A stretch of DNA of 64,000 bases. It comes from Thermodesulfobacteriota bacterium. Its GTDB lineage: Bacteria > Desulfobacterota > Desulfarculia > JACQYL01. Location of the stretch: the NCBI GenBank assembly GCA_963675595.2, contig CAXXLZ010000002.1:96001-160000 (forward strand). The letters run 5' to 3'. A program made the position numbers and the translations under genes. The notes below the pieces were generated by a model, which was given only the letters and a program-made list of their open reading frames with translations, searched no databases and had not been told where the DNA came from. This document shows positions 38,442 through 48,263 of the stretch, one piece after another (the stretch's first letter is position 1; each line of letters begins with the position of its first letter).

Positions 38442-39878
38442 ATGGTTGCCAAGACCCTCATGACGGCGTCCGCTGAGCTTCCATCCGAAACCTTTCCGCC
38501 TAGTCAACCATCGCTCGGAACCCGGTCCTCCACCGGGACACCACCAGGAGTCGCCATGGAGACATCTCCAGGCACCATCCGGCCCTCGTCCGAAGAAGGT
38601 TCGGAAAACCGGCCTTCCCTCTCTTCCAAGACTTCACCCACGAAACAGCAATTGGCTCAAGCCGCTCTCCTGGCCGGGGGTGAGCAGTATCGGACCCTGT
38701 TGGAAGCTTCCCCGGATCCCATCGCCGTCTATGACCTGGACGGCGCGGTGGTTTACCTCAATAAATCCTTTCAGACGACTTTCGGGTGGTCCCTGGAAGA
38801 GTTGCTCGCCAAGCGAATCCCATTCGTGCCCCCGGAAGCCGAACCGGAAACCCGCGAAGCCATCGGTCGAATCATGTCCGGCGAGGAGGTCGTCAACTTC
38901 GAAACCCGGAGACTCACCCGATACGGCGGAATCCTGGAGGTCCAGATCAGCTCCGCGCTCTTCAAGGACGCTTCCGGCCGTCCGGTGGGCGGCATTGTCA
39001 TCCTCAGGGACATCACGGAACGCAAACATATGTACCGGGCTTTGTTTCAATCCGAGTCCAAATACCGGGCCATTTTCGAGAACACGGTCACGGCGACCGC
39101 CCTTCTGGACCGCCAAGGTCGGATCACCCTGGCTAATTCCGAGTTCGAACGGCTGCTCCGCATCGATCGAACCGAGCTCCAAGGAACCCGGCAATGGCTT
39201 GAGTGTTTCTTTGATAAGGAACCGGAGCAATGGCTTGCCCCGGAGGGTGAATTTGCCCCTCACAAGAGGCGTGCCCCGCTCAAGTTCGAGACTCGGGTCA
39301 GAAACCGGCATGGGCACGAAAAATTCGTCTTGGGACAGATCGCCGAGGTTCCCGGCACGCCGGACCGGATTCTATCTCTGTTGGACATGACGGAACGAAT
39401 TACGGCCGAACGGGAATTAAAGAAGCGGGACGAAGAGTTGCAGGCGCAATGTGCCCATCTCGAAGAAGCCCACGCAGCCCTGAAAGTGCTCCTTCGGCAC
39501 AGGGAGAATGATCGCAGGGAGATCGAGAACGATCTGCAGTTCAATGTGGCCAGGCTGGTCCTGCCTTTGCTGCAGGCGATGAGAAGCCGGGTACATCAAC
39601 CGGAAGCCGTGTCTTTGCTCGAGGTCATCGAGAGCAACCTGCGAAACATCGTCTCCCCTCTCCTGAGACGAATCTCTTCGGAATATTTCGGATTGACCCC
39701 CATGGAGGTCAAGATCGCGGGCTTGGTCAAAGAGGGCAAGACTACCAAAGAAATCTCAGTGTTACTTCACGTCTCCGACAATACGGTCATTTTCCATCGG
39801 AACAACATACGTCGCAAGCTCGGGCTCAGAAACCGAAAGACGAGTCTGAAAAGTTTTCTGACCTCCCTGGAAGACTGA
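38442..39878 (+). CDS. PAS-PAS-LuxR HTH regulator
   Basis: Two PAS domains, LTPMEVKIAGLVKEGKTTKEIS...HRNNIRRKLG; start uncertain. Confidence 0.88.
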   Translation: MVAKTLMTASAELPSETFPPSQPSLGTRSSTGTPPGVAMETSPGTIRPSSEEGSENRPSLSSKTSPTKQQLAQAALLAGGEQYRTLLEASPDPIAVYDLDGAVVYLNKSFQTTFGWSLEELLAKRIPFVPPEAEPETREAIGRIMSGEEVVNFETRRLTRYGGILEVQISSALFKDASGRPVGGIVILRDITERKHMYRALFQSESKYRAIFENTVTATALLDRQGRITLANSEFERLLRIDRTELQGTRQWLECFFDKEPEQWLAPEGEFAPHKRRAPLKFETRVRNRHGHEKFVLGQIAEVPGTPDRILSLLDMTERITAERELKKRDEELQAQCAHLEEAHAALKVLLRHRENDRREIENDLQFNVARLVLPLLQAMRSRVHQPEAVSLLEVIESNLRNIVSPLLRRISSEYFGLTPMEVKIAGLVKEGKTTKEISVLLHVSDNTVIFHRNNIRRKLGLRNRKTSLKSFLTSLED

Positions 39879-40322
39879 GGCACACCCCCGTCCGACCAAG
39901 ATCGGCCGGCGATGTTGCGCCGACACCTAGTGGTTTTCCCCCCTATTTCCCCACCAGATTCCCATTGTTCCCTTGCACTCACGAGTGTGCTAACTTGATA
40001 GCCAACGTGGGTGAAACCCGTGCAGTCGCTCCTCCCTTCAGGTAACCGGTCCTTCGCTTCAACAGATGGGCGGGCGCCCAGCCGACACAAGTCCCTGCCC
40101 GGATTTGAGTATCGCCCACCGGGGTGCCCCGCCCGTCTTCTCTTTCGCCTCGATCGGACCGTTGGAACGGTTGTCGGCGAAGGCCCGTTGTGCCGCCCGA
40201 CCGTACCCTTTCATCAGATCACCCACCCGGCTCACAGGGTCGAGAACCGGCCATGCCGGCGGCCCCGGAGGAAAGCGCCGCCCCATGGAGAGAACCAAGC
40301 ACGCCTTCAAAGGAGGTGGACC

Positions 40323-40646
40323 ATGATTAGAGCAACAACCCTGATCGCATTGGCCGTCCTGTTTTCGACGGTTGCGGCGTCGTGGGCCTTTCAGGAGTGC
40401 CCCAAAGAGTATTACGATCAGTGCGTGGACGAAATGATCAACAAATGCCGGCGACAATCGGAAATGACCGGCAGCTGGAGCGATCGCCTTCGCATGGACG
40501 CCGCGTTGGAGGGGCGCAAGCTCAATTTCTATTCGGATCGACGGCAGGATTTGGTGGAAGCCTTGAAGGAACAAGAAATCGAGTGCAGGCCTCACCCGGT
40601 GGAACACTTTCTCATCAAGACGTACTACCGGGTCGAAGGACGTTGA
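40323..40646 (+). CDS. Exported hypothetical protein (107 aa)
   Basis: RBS AGGAGGTG, signal peptide MIRATTLIALAVLFSTVAASWA. Confidence 0.7.
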   Translation: MIRATTLIALAVLFSTVAASWAFQECPKEYYDQCVDEMINKCRRQSEMTGSWSDRLRMDAALEGRKLNFYSDRRQDLVEALKEQEIECRPHPVEHFLIKTYYRVEGR

Positions 40647-40808
40647 CACGGGTTTGTCGTTCGGGACGCTCTCCAGGAGAAGGGAATCCCGACTGATCTA
40701 AGAAGGCGAAGCGTTGCCGCCGCTTGTGTACCACGGAATGCTCCAATCTCCCGGATCAAGTTCAATCAAACGTCCCGAAGGCTGGGGAGCAAAACAGAGA
40801 CCTTTTCA

Positions 40809-40843
40809 AAGAAATAGGGGGAACTTCTTTGGGAAGCTCCCCC
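40809..40843 (-). terminator. Terminator of ppdK
   Basis: Minus strand GGGGGAGCTTC..GAAGTTCCCCC followed by TATTTCTT. Confidence 0.65.
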
Positions 40844-40871
40844 CGATCTCACGGATTCATGCCGTCGAGCA

Positions 40872-43664
40872 TTAGTCCATGCGCGACTTGCCTTCCGACT
40901 TCAATGCCGCATGCGCCGCCGCCAGCCGAGCGATGGGCACACGGGGCGCCGAGCAGGAAACGTAATTCAAGCCGATCCGGCTGCAGAACGCGATGGCCTT
41001 GGGATGGCCGGCATGCTCCCCGCAAATCCCGATAATGATATCCTTACGGACCTTGCGCCCGCTGTCCACCGCGATCTTCATCAATTTGCCCACACCGTCC
41101 TCATCCAGTACCTCAAAGGGATTGTCCCTTAGAATCAGCTGCTCACTGTAAAGCGGCAGGAATTTGTTCTCCGCGTCCTCTCGCGAAAATGAGAAGGTAG
41201 CCTGGGTCAGGTCGTTGGTGCCGAAAGAGAAAAATTCCGCCAGGCCCGCCAAGTTGTCCGCCTGCATGCAGGCCCTTACCACCTCGATCATGGTGCCGTA
41301 CTTGAAATGGACGTCAACGCCGAATTTCTTCTTTACGTCGGCGTACACCTGCTTGACGCTCTTGTGGACCATCTGCAGTTCTTCGAGGGTGCAAACCTGG
41401 GGCACCATGATCTCCGGATGGACATCCACCCCTTCTTTGGTCACCTCGGCGGCCGCCTCCAGAATGGAGCGAATCTGCATTTCGTAAATTTCAGGGTGGG
41501 ATATGCCTAAACGAACCCCCCGATGCCCGAGCATGGGGTTTACTTCCGACAGGTTCTTCACTTTCTTATACAGCTCTTCCCGTTGGGTCCAAAGTTTCTC
41601 GTTAAGCCTGTTTTCCCTGAGAGCGGTAAGCTCCTTCACCGCCGACTCAACCACCGGAAGATACTCTTCGACGGACGATCCCAACATCTTCATCGTGTTG
41701 GGCAGTTCTTCCACGGCGCCCACGGCCTGGTTGAAGGCCTTGATCTGGTTGATCTCGAAAAGAATCTCTTCCATGGTGGGCAGGAACTCGTGCAGCGGGG
41801 GATCCAAGAGCCGTACCGTGCAGGGCAGACCGTCCATGATCCGGAAAATGGATTTGAAGTCTTCGAGCTGGAAGGGAATCAGTCGTTCGATGGCTTTCAT
41901 GCGGGCTTCCTTGCTTTCCGCAAGGATCATCTCCTGCACGATGGGGAGCCGGTCTTGAGCGTTGAACATCCTTTCCGTTCGACACAAACCGATTCCACGG
42001 GCGCCATAGTCCCGAGCTTTTTTTGCCGCTTCCGGCGTATCCGCGTTGGCCCACACTCGAATCTCGGCATACTCGTCCGCCCAATCCAACAAGACAAGCA
42101 GGTCGTCCACGAATTCCGGGTCCACCAAGGGAACCTCGCCGAGATACACATGGCCTCCGGTACCGTCGATGGTGATCACGTCTCCCTCTCGAAGCACGTT
42201 GCCGTCGACCCGAAGCTCACCGATGTTCGTATCGATTTCCAGGGCCTCACACCCGGAAACACAGGGTTTGCCCATTCCTCGGGCCACCACCGCGGCGTGG
42301 GAGGTGCGCCCGCCCCTGCTGGTGAGGACTCCCTGGGCGGCGAAAAATCCGTGGATGTCGTCGGGTTTGGTCTCCTCCCTGACCAGGATGACCTTTTCGC
42401 CCATCTTGCCCAGATGTTCGGCGCGATCCGCGGTGAACACCATCTTGCCGGACGCCGCGCCCGGTGAAGCCGCGAGGCCCGACGCCACCGGGGGATCGGT
42501 GAAATCCGGGTCCACTCGTCGGTGCAGAAGCTGTTCCAGCATGTCCGGCGGGATTCGGAGGATGGCTTCTTTTTCCGAAATCAGGCCCTCGTTGACCATG
42601 TCGCTGGACGTTCGAATCAAGGCCCACGCATTCATCTTCCCGTTACGGGTCTGCAGGGAGTAGAGCTTGCCCCGCTCGATGGTAAACTCAAAATCCTGAA
42701 CTTCCCGATAATGCTTCTCCAGCGTGTGCCTCAACTCCTCGAGTTGCGGATAGACGTCGGGCATATCGATCCGCATGTCCTTGAGTTGCTTGGGCGTGCG
42801 AACACCCGCCACCACATCCTCACCTTGGGCGTTGACCAGGTATTCCCCATACAATCGGTTCTCACCCGTTCCGGGATTTCGGGTGAAGCCCACGCCCGTT
42901 GCCGAATCGTCGCCCATGTTGCCGAACACCATGGTACAGATATTCACGGCGGTGCCGTTGGCCATTTCCGGCGTGATCTTGAACTGCCTTCGGTAGTCCA
43001 CGGCCCGCTTGCCCATCCAGGAAGAAAAAACCGCTTCCACGGCGACCTTGAGCTGTTCTTTGGGATCTTGGGGGAACTCCTTGCCCGTGTGGTCCTTGAT
43101 GGTCTTCTTGAATTCGTTGACGATCTTTTTCAGACTTTCGGGTTTGAGGTCCTTATCCTGCGGCGCCTTGGCCCTCTTCTTTTCCGCCTCGAACACTGCG
43201 TCGAAATGTTCGTCGTTGACTCTCAATGCCACCTTCCCGAAGAGCTGCAGAAGTCGTCGATAGGAGTCATAGGCGAAGCGTTCGTTATCCGTCAGTTTGG
43301 CCAGCCCCACGACGGTTTCGTCGTTGAGGCCCAGGTTCAGGATCGTATCCATCATCCCGGGCATACTCATGGCGGCTCCACTTCGCACGGAAACCAACAG
43401 GGGATTTTTGGGGTCTCCCAAACCTTTGGCCGTCTTCTTCTCCAGGTCCTTCATGGACTTCTCGACCTCATCCAGGAGCCCGTCGGGTAACCGATTGTCG
43501 GCTTCGAAGTACGCAAGACAAGCTTCCGTGGTAATCACGAATCCCGGGGGAACAGGCAGTCCGATTTGGGTCATTTCGCACAGGTTTGCACCCTTGCCTC
43601 CCAGCAATTGTTTGTTCTTGCCGTCACCTTCTTCAAACGCGTATACGAATCTTTTCTTTGCCAT
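40872..43664 (-). CDS. ppdK: Pyruvate, phosphate dikinase
   Basis: LGGKGANL, VSVRSGA, GRTSHAAV, GLCRTE, NPMLGHRG, ICGE; start MAKKRFVY. Confidence 0.96.
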   Translation of the reverse strand: MAKKRFVYAFEEGDGKNKQLLGGKGANLCEMTQIGLPVPPGFVITTEACLAYFEADNRLPDGLLDEVEKSMKDLEKKTAKGLGDPKNPLLVSVRSGAAMSMPGMMDTILNLGLNDETVVGLAKLTDNERFAYDSYRRLLQLFGKVALRVNDEHFDAVFEAEKKRAKAPQDKDLKPESLKKIVNEFKKTIKDHTGKEFPQDPKEQLKVAVEAVFSSWMGKRAVDYRRQFKITPEMANGTAVNICTMVFGNMGDDSATGVGFTRNPGTGENRLYGEYLVNAQGEDVVAGVRTPKQLKDMRIDMPDVYPQLEELRHTLEKHYREVQDFEFTIERGKLYSLQTRNGKMNAWALIRTSSDMVNEGLISEKEAILRIPPDMLEQLLHRRVDPDFTDPPVASGLAASPGAASGKMVFTADRAEHLGKMGEKVILVREETKPDDIHGFFAAQGVLTSRGGRTSHAAVVARGMGKPCVSGCEALEIDTNIGELRVDGNVLREGDVITIDGTGGHVYLGEVPLVDPEFVDDLLVLLDWADEYAEIRVWANADTPEAAKKARDYGARGIGLCRTERMFNAQDRLPIVQEMILAESKEARMKAIERLIPFQLEDFKSIFRIMDGLPCTVRLLDPPLHEFLPTMEEILFEINQIKAFNQAVGAVEELPNTMKMLGSSVEEYLPVVESAVKELTALRENRLNEKLWTQREELYKKVKNLSEVNPMLGHRGVRLGISHPEIYEMQIRSILEAAAEVTKEGVDVHPEIMVPQVCTLEELQMVHKSVKQVYADVKKKFGVDVHFKYGTMIEVVRACMQADNLAGLAEFFSFGTNDLTQATFSFSREDAENKFLPLYSEQLILRDNPFEVLDEDGVGKLMKIAVDSGRKVRKDIIIGICGEHAGHPKAIAFCSRIGLNYVSCSAPRVPIARLAAAHAALKSEGKSRMD

Positions 43665-43814
43665 GGTTTCCTCGGCCTCCTTGAAATGATCCTGTTGCCC
43701 TTGTTCCCTGCGCCGTTCTCGACGCTTTGTCCTCACGTGTCACCGCATAAAAAGAGATATCCCGTCAGTCTAACCCTTCTTCCGTCCACCTTTCAACAAA
43801 CAATAACGTCAAAG

Positions 43815-45692
43815 TCAAGCCTTGTCGCCGCTTTCGGCCGATGGACGGGCTTCCCCCTCCCTTTTCTCCATTGCCGCCTTGGTGACCGCTCGAGCCACCC
43901 GCCTGTCGGTCGCCCGCGCAAGTTCTTCCTCCGACGCCGTCCAAACCCCGTCCAGACTCCCGAAATGTGTCAGCAGCCGTGCGGCGGTTCGGGCCCCCAC
44001 TCCGGGGATATCCTCCAAGACGGATCGGAAGTCCTTCTTTTTTTTCACCTTTCTGTGAAAGGTTACGGCGAATCGGTGCGCTTCATCTCTGAGACGCTGA
44101 AATAGAGTTAGAATCTCGGAATAGTCGGGCAAGATCACGGGATTCTTGCGGTTGGGCAGAAAGAACCGTTCATGGGATTGTTCCTCTCCGCGTCCCGCGT
44201 GAATCTTCGCCATACCCACCGCATCCACATCTTCGAGCCCCAGTTCGTGGAGCACCTTCAAAGCCACGTTCAGTTGCCCTTTACCGCCGTCCACCACCAG
44301 AAGATCGGGCAGATACTCCTCCTCAATGCCGCGTTGAAACCGCCGCTTCAGCACCTCATACATCATGGCGTAATCGTCCGCACCCTCCACGGACCGAATC
44401 TTGTACCTGCGGTAGGCGTCCTTCTCGGGTTTTCCGTCCCGGAACACGACCTTGGAGCCCACCGCCTCTCGACCTTGCAGGTTCGAGATATCAAAACACT
44501 CCATGATCTTGGGCGCGCGCCTGAGATGCAGTCTTTGCCGGGCCTCCAGGAGGATTTCCTCGGACGTTCGAGTTCTCTTCTTGCGCTCCTCCCGGAACTT
44601 CTCGGCGTTGGCCTCGGCCATGAGCAGAAGCTTTCTCTTCTCTCCCCGGACCGGAACCAAAATCGAGAATTTCCCCCCTCTTCTTTCCCCCAGGACCTGC
44701 TCCAGCGCTTCCGCATCCTCCAAGGGAAAGGGCGCCAGGACTTGCTTGGGAATGAGTTTCTCCTCACCATAGAACTGCATCAGGAAGGAACTCAGGGTTT
44801 CGGAATCGGTCAGCCCCGTTCGGCGCAGCAGGAAACCTTGGGTACCCGTGAGCCTTCCGCTTCGAATGAAGAGCACCACCAGGGCCACCGGACCCGAATC
44901 CTCGCGTGACCAACCCACGACGTCCCGATCCGCAAAGTCCATGGAAATGATCTTCTGCTTCTCCAGCACCCCATCGAGATAGTGTATCTGGTCCCGAAAT
45001 CGGGCCGCCCGTTCAAATTCCAGATTTTCGGAAGCCTTCGCCATGCGAAGCTTCAAATCGTCGATGAGGGATCGGTCGCGTCCTTCCAGAAAACGTTTCA
45101 CGTCCTTTACCACGTACCGGTATTCGGCAGGATCGGTCAACTCGCCGCAGGAACAGGAACCCATCTGGAAATACAGGCAAGGCCGGCGCAGGTCTCGGTC
45201 CGGCCGACAACGCCGCAAAGGAAAGTACCTGTGGAGAAGACGCCAGGTTTCCCGCACGCCCTTGGCCGAAGTATAGGGCCCGAAATACAGCCCCTGGTCT
45301 TTTTTCACCTTGCGGACCAGCGTCAACCTGGGGAACTGCTCCTGCATGTTGAACTTCAGGTAAAGGTAATGTTTGTCGTCCCGCAGGTCCACGTTGAATC
45401 GGGGTTTGTGCTTTTTGATAAGCATGTCTTCCAGGAGAAGGGCTTCCTTTTCCGAGTCGGTGACGATGGTCTCGATGTCCCGAATCCTGGAAACCAGCAA
45501 CTTGATGCGAGGGCCGCGCCCCTGCACGTCGGAACGGAAATAGGAGCCCACCCTGGCTTTGAGATTCTTGGCTTTCCCCACATACAGGATGGTTCCGGAC
45601 GAATTCTTCATCTGATACACGCCGGGAAGCGCGGGGATGGACGCCAACCTTTCCTTGAGTTCGGACTTGATCGGTGTGGACGAATCGTTCAT
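43815..45692 (-). CDS. uvrC: Excinuclease ABC subunit C
   Basis: GIY-YIG PGVY/YVGKAKNL, ECFDISN, VDGGKGQL, RDEAHRFA, HhH. Confidence 0.96.
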   Translation of the reverse strand: MNDSSTPIKSELKERLASIPALPGVYQMKNSSGTILYVGKAKNLKARVGSYFRSDVQGRGPRIKLLVSRIRDIETIVTDSEKEALLLEDMLIKKHKPRFNVDLRDDKHYLYLKFNMQEQFPRLTLVRKVKKDQGLYFGPYTSAKGVRETWRLLHRYFPLRRCRPDRDLRRPCLYFQMGSCSCGELTDPAEYRYVVKDVKRFLEGRDRSLIDDLKLRMAKASENLEFERAARFRDQIHYLDGVLEKQKIISMDFADRDVVGWSREDSGPVALVVLFIRSGRLTGTQGFLLRRTGLTDSETLSSFLMQFYGEEKLIPKQVLAPFPLEDAEALEQVLGERRGGKFSILVPVRGEKRKLLLMAEANAEKFREERKKRTRTSEEILLEARQRLHLRRAPKIMECFDISNLQGREAVGSKVVFRDGKPEKDAYRRYKIRSVEGADDYAMMYEVLKRRFQRGIEEEYLPDLLVVDGGKGQLNVALKVLHELGLEDVDAVGMAKIHAGRGEEQSHERFFLPNRKNPVILPDYSEILTLFQRLRDEAHRFAVTFHRKVKKKKDFRSVLEDIPGVGARTAARLLTHFGSLDGVWTASEEELARATDRRVARAVTKAAMEKREGEARPSAESGDKA

Positions 45693-45935
45693 ACAGCTAA
45701 AATAATCGTTGCGGGTACGCGGTGAAAGGATTTTTTCGAGGATTGACGAGCTTGCCCTCGCTTCGGCGTCCAACGCCGTTCCCCCTTCCGGAGGACGCGA
45801 GAAGCGGAAGGAGGGTGAGGGGATCCGAGCGCCTTCCCCCCGCATGCCCCTCCCAGGAATCGGAAACGAATGAGATCATTTTACCCTTGCAGTCCTGAGG
45901 GTTCTTTTAGTATAGAAGGCTTCATTCTATTTCAA

Positions 45936-46011
45936 GGCGGCATAGCCAAGTGGCTAAGGCAGCGGTCTGCAAAACCGTTATTCACCGGTTCGAATCCGGT
46001 TGCCGCCTCCA
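45936..46011 (+). tRNA. tRNA-Cys (GCA)
   Basis: GGCGGCA/TGCCGCC acceptor, anticodon loop CTGCAAA, GTTCGAATC, encoded CCA. Confidence 0.95.
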
Positions 46012-46185
46012 GAGAAATCAAAGGGTTACGTCAAACGGCGTGACCCTTTAAATTTTTTGGGGTTCGGATGGATGCGGGCGGGAAGCCCTTCCGCCAAGCA
46101 GGAAGATGTTTGAAGCAGGTTAGATACCGGAAACCAACGGGTCGAGCCGGATAATAATCCAAGGTCTCGACCGGGCGCCTTCCCC

Positions 46186-47151
46186 CTACCCGACCCCGTG
46201 GAGAAAAACCTCCGGCCACAGGTGGTGACAGACGGCGATAAAACAGGGAATGGTGAGCAAGCTCGCCAGAGTGGTCAGAGAAATCACGGCCGCCGCTTCT
46301 TTCTCGAAGAACCGGTAGTTGCCCGCATAAATGAACATCGACTTGGCCGTGGGCACCGACGAAAAAATGACCAGCGCCACCGAATAAAAGGGGCTCAGTT
46401 CCAGCAACAAGGCAATCAGGATGGCAAGAGCGGGACGGATGAGCAGGTTGAACAGGGTGATCACGAAGGCCCCGGCAAGGTTGCCGGATACCTTGAAAAA
46501 GCGGAGTTCCACCCCGATGCTGAACAGGGCGCACGGAATGATGGAAGCCCCCAGGTAACGAAAAAAAGTGACAAGAAACGTGGGGAGCTTGATTTCAAAC
46601 AGGGAAAAGATCACCCCGAGTGCCGCGGATATTATAAGAGGGTTCTTGACCGTGCTCAGCAAGGCGGCCCGAACAACGGCCCGCCCCTCCGTCAAGGTTT
46701 CCTTTTTGGCGTGCAGCTCAAAGATGAACAGGATGCCGGGCACCACCAGGCAGTTGGCAATGATCACGGTCATGGCCATGGGCACCGTCGCATGCTTGCC
46801 GGCAATGCCCATGAGGACCGGAAACCCCAGCATGATGGTGTTGGCCAGCGCCGAACAAAACCCGGCAATTGCGGAAGTGTAAACATCCCTCCTGAAGAAG
46901 TACCGGAAAACCGCAAAGGCAGAGATTACCGTGACAAAGATCGAAAGCGGGTATGCGATCCAGAAACGCCAGACTAGGAGTTTTTCGATCTCGTAGGAAC
47001 TGATGGTCAGGAAGATGATGGCGGGACAGGCCGCGTAAAAGACATACTGCATCAGCCCCGCAGCCACCTTTTCGGGAATCAGATCAAAATACGCCAGAAG
47101 CCATCCGGCAATCACGATCAGGAAGATCGGCAGAACAATGTCGACCAGCAT
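46186..47151 (-). CDS. AEC (auxin efflux carrier)-family transporter
   Basis: About 10 TM, NTIMLGFP, KNPLI, VPTA. Confidence 0.88.
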   Translation of the reverse strand: MLVDIVLPIFLIVIAGWLLAYFDLIPEKVAAGLMQYVFYAACPAIIFLTISSYEIEKLLVWRFWIAYPLSIFVTVISAFAVFRYFFRRDVYTSAIAGFCSALANTIMLGFPVLMGIAGKHATVPMAMTVIIANCLVVPGILFIFELHAKKETLTEGRAVVRAALLSTVKNPLIISAALGVIFSLFEIKLPTFLVTFFRYLGASIIPCALFSIGVELRFFKVSGNLAGAFVITLFNLLIRPALAILIALLLELSPFYSVALVIFSSVPTAKSMFIYAGNYRFFEKEAAAVISLTTLASLLTIPCFIAVCHHLWPEVFLHGVG

Positions 47152-47168
47152 GGTCTACCTTTATTATG

Positions 47169-47194
47169 GGGACGTTGTTGACTAACGTGACAAA
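47169..47194 (+). repeat. Left inverted repeat of Y1 element
   Basis: 26-bp perfect reverse complement of 48232-48257; internal ACGTT-N7-AACGT mini-hairpin. Confidence 0.9.
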
Positions 47195-47206
47195 TTCAAT
47201 CTGCAG

Positions 47207-48175
47207 TCATTTATTCCTTTCAAATATCCTTGAGATGGCTGAAGTCGTTACGCCTAATTGCCGTGCCGTTTCGGCCATGGTAAGGCCGAGACTTTCGACC
47301 AGTTCTTTGGCCAATTGCGCCCTTAGCCCGGGAAGCACACCCCGGCGACTTCCCCCTCTTAACGCTTCAACGGAAACTCCGCCTTTTTCGCACGCAGCAA
47401 GAATGATCTTTCCCGCCTCGATTACCCGCTCATTGATTGATATCTGTGCACTGATATTCTTATCCGCTTCAGCAAGGATACGCTCTACAAATTCATCCTG
47501 TCCTAATATACGTTCATCGCAAAGAACCTTTTCTTTGCTTTTTCGCGAAGTCAAAACCTGCGACCAACCTCCCAAGGTCCGAATCAGCCCTCCCCCTCCA
47601 AGGTCTTCCCTATGGCCTTCATCTATTCCATCCTCCAAATATCGGCGGTAAACCTTCCGGGCCGTGGGAATATCCTGAGCGAACCAGGAAAGTACATAAT
47701 CGGTATCCTGCCATTTCGCTTTCCTCTTGCCCATGATCGCGCTGTGACCGCACCAGGGATAGCGATCAAGCTCGGACATATTTTTTACTATTTTGGCCCT
47801 TAATGGGTTCAAGTGTATGTATCTAACCAACTCCTGAAAATAAACATCTTCATCGCAGATGATGGATTTGTATCTGTTTTGAAAAACATGTCCATGTCTC
47901 TTATGACGGATATTATAGGTTACGGCATATCCGGTAAGAAGCCTTCTCATGAACCGAGATAGTCCTACAAGGCCGCTCTTGACGAGGATATGGATGTGAT
48001 TCGACATCAGAACCCAGGCATAAACACTGGTTCTCGTTTCCTCGGCAAGGTCCCCAAGGCGCGAAACCATATTCTCCCGATCATATTGATCGGTTACGAT
48101 ATCTCTCTTTTCCATCCCCCGGACAATAACATGATGCAGGGTACCCGGAGCATCTAATCTGGCCTGCCTGGGCAT
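47207..48175 (-). CDS. HUH Y1 (REP-associated tyrosine-type) transposase with C-terminal HTH
   Basis: MPRQAR, HHVIVRG, MSNHIHIL (HUH), GHVFQNRY, RYIHLNP. Confidence 0.92.
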   Translation of the reverse strand: MPRQARLDAPGTLHHVIVRGMEKRDIVTDQYDRENMVSRLGDLAEETRTSVYAWVLMSNHIHILVKSGLVGLSRFMRRLLTGYAVTYNIRHKRHGHVFQNRYKSIICDEDVYFQELVRYIHLNPLRAKIVKNMSELDRYPWCGHSAIMGKRKAKWQDTDYVLSWFAQDIPTARKVYRRYLEDGIDEGHREDLGGGGLIRTLGGWSQVLTSRKSKEKVLCDERILGQDEFVERILAEADKNISAQISINERVIEAGKIILAACEKGGVSVEALRGGSRRGVLPGLRAQLAKELVESLGLTMAETARQLGVTTSAISRIFERNK

Positions 48176-48231
48176 GACATCTTACCGCCTTGGTCTCATC
48201 TATTTCACCAACTCCAAAGCGACTACCTTGT

Positions 48232-48257
48232 TTTGTCACGTTAGTCAACAACGTCCC
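48232..48257 (-). repeat. Right inverted repeat of Y1 element
   Basis: TTTGTCACGTTAGTCAACAACGTCCC. Confidence 0.9.
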
Positions 48258-48263
48258 GTAACT

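Larger units (their letters stand above)
47169..48257 (-). mobile_element. Y1/RAYT-type element bounded by perfect 26-bp inverted repeats
   Basis: GGGACGTTGTTGACTAACGTGACAAA at 47169-47194 and its reverse complement at 48232-48257; interior visibly AT-richer than flanks. Confidence 0.82.
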
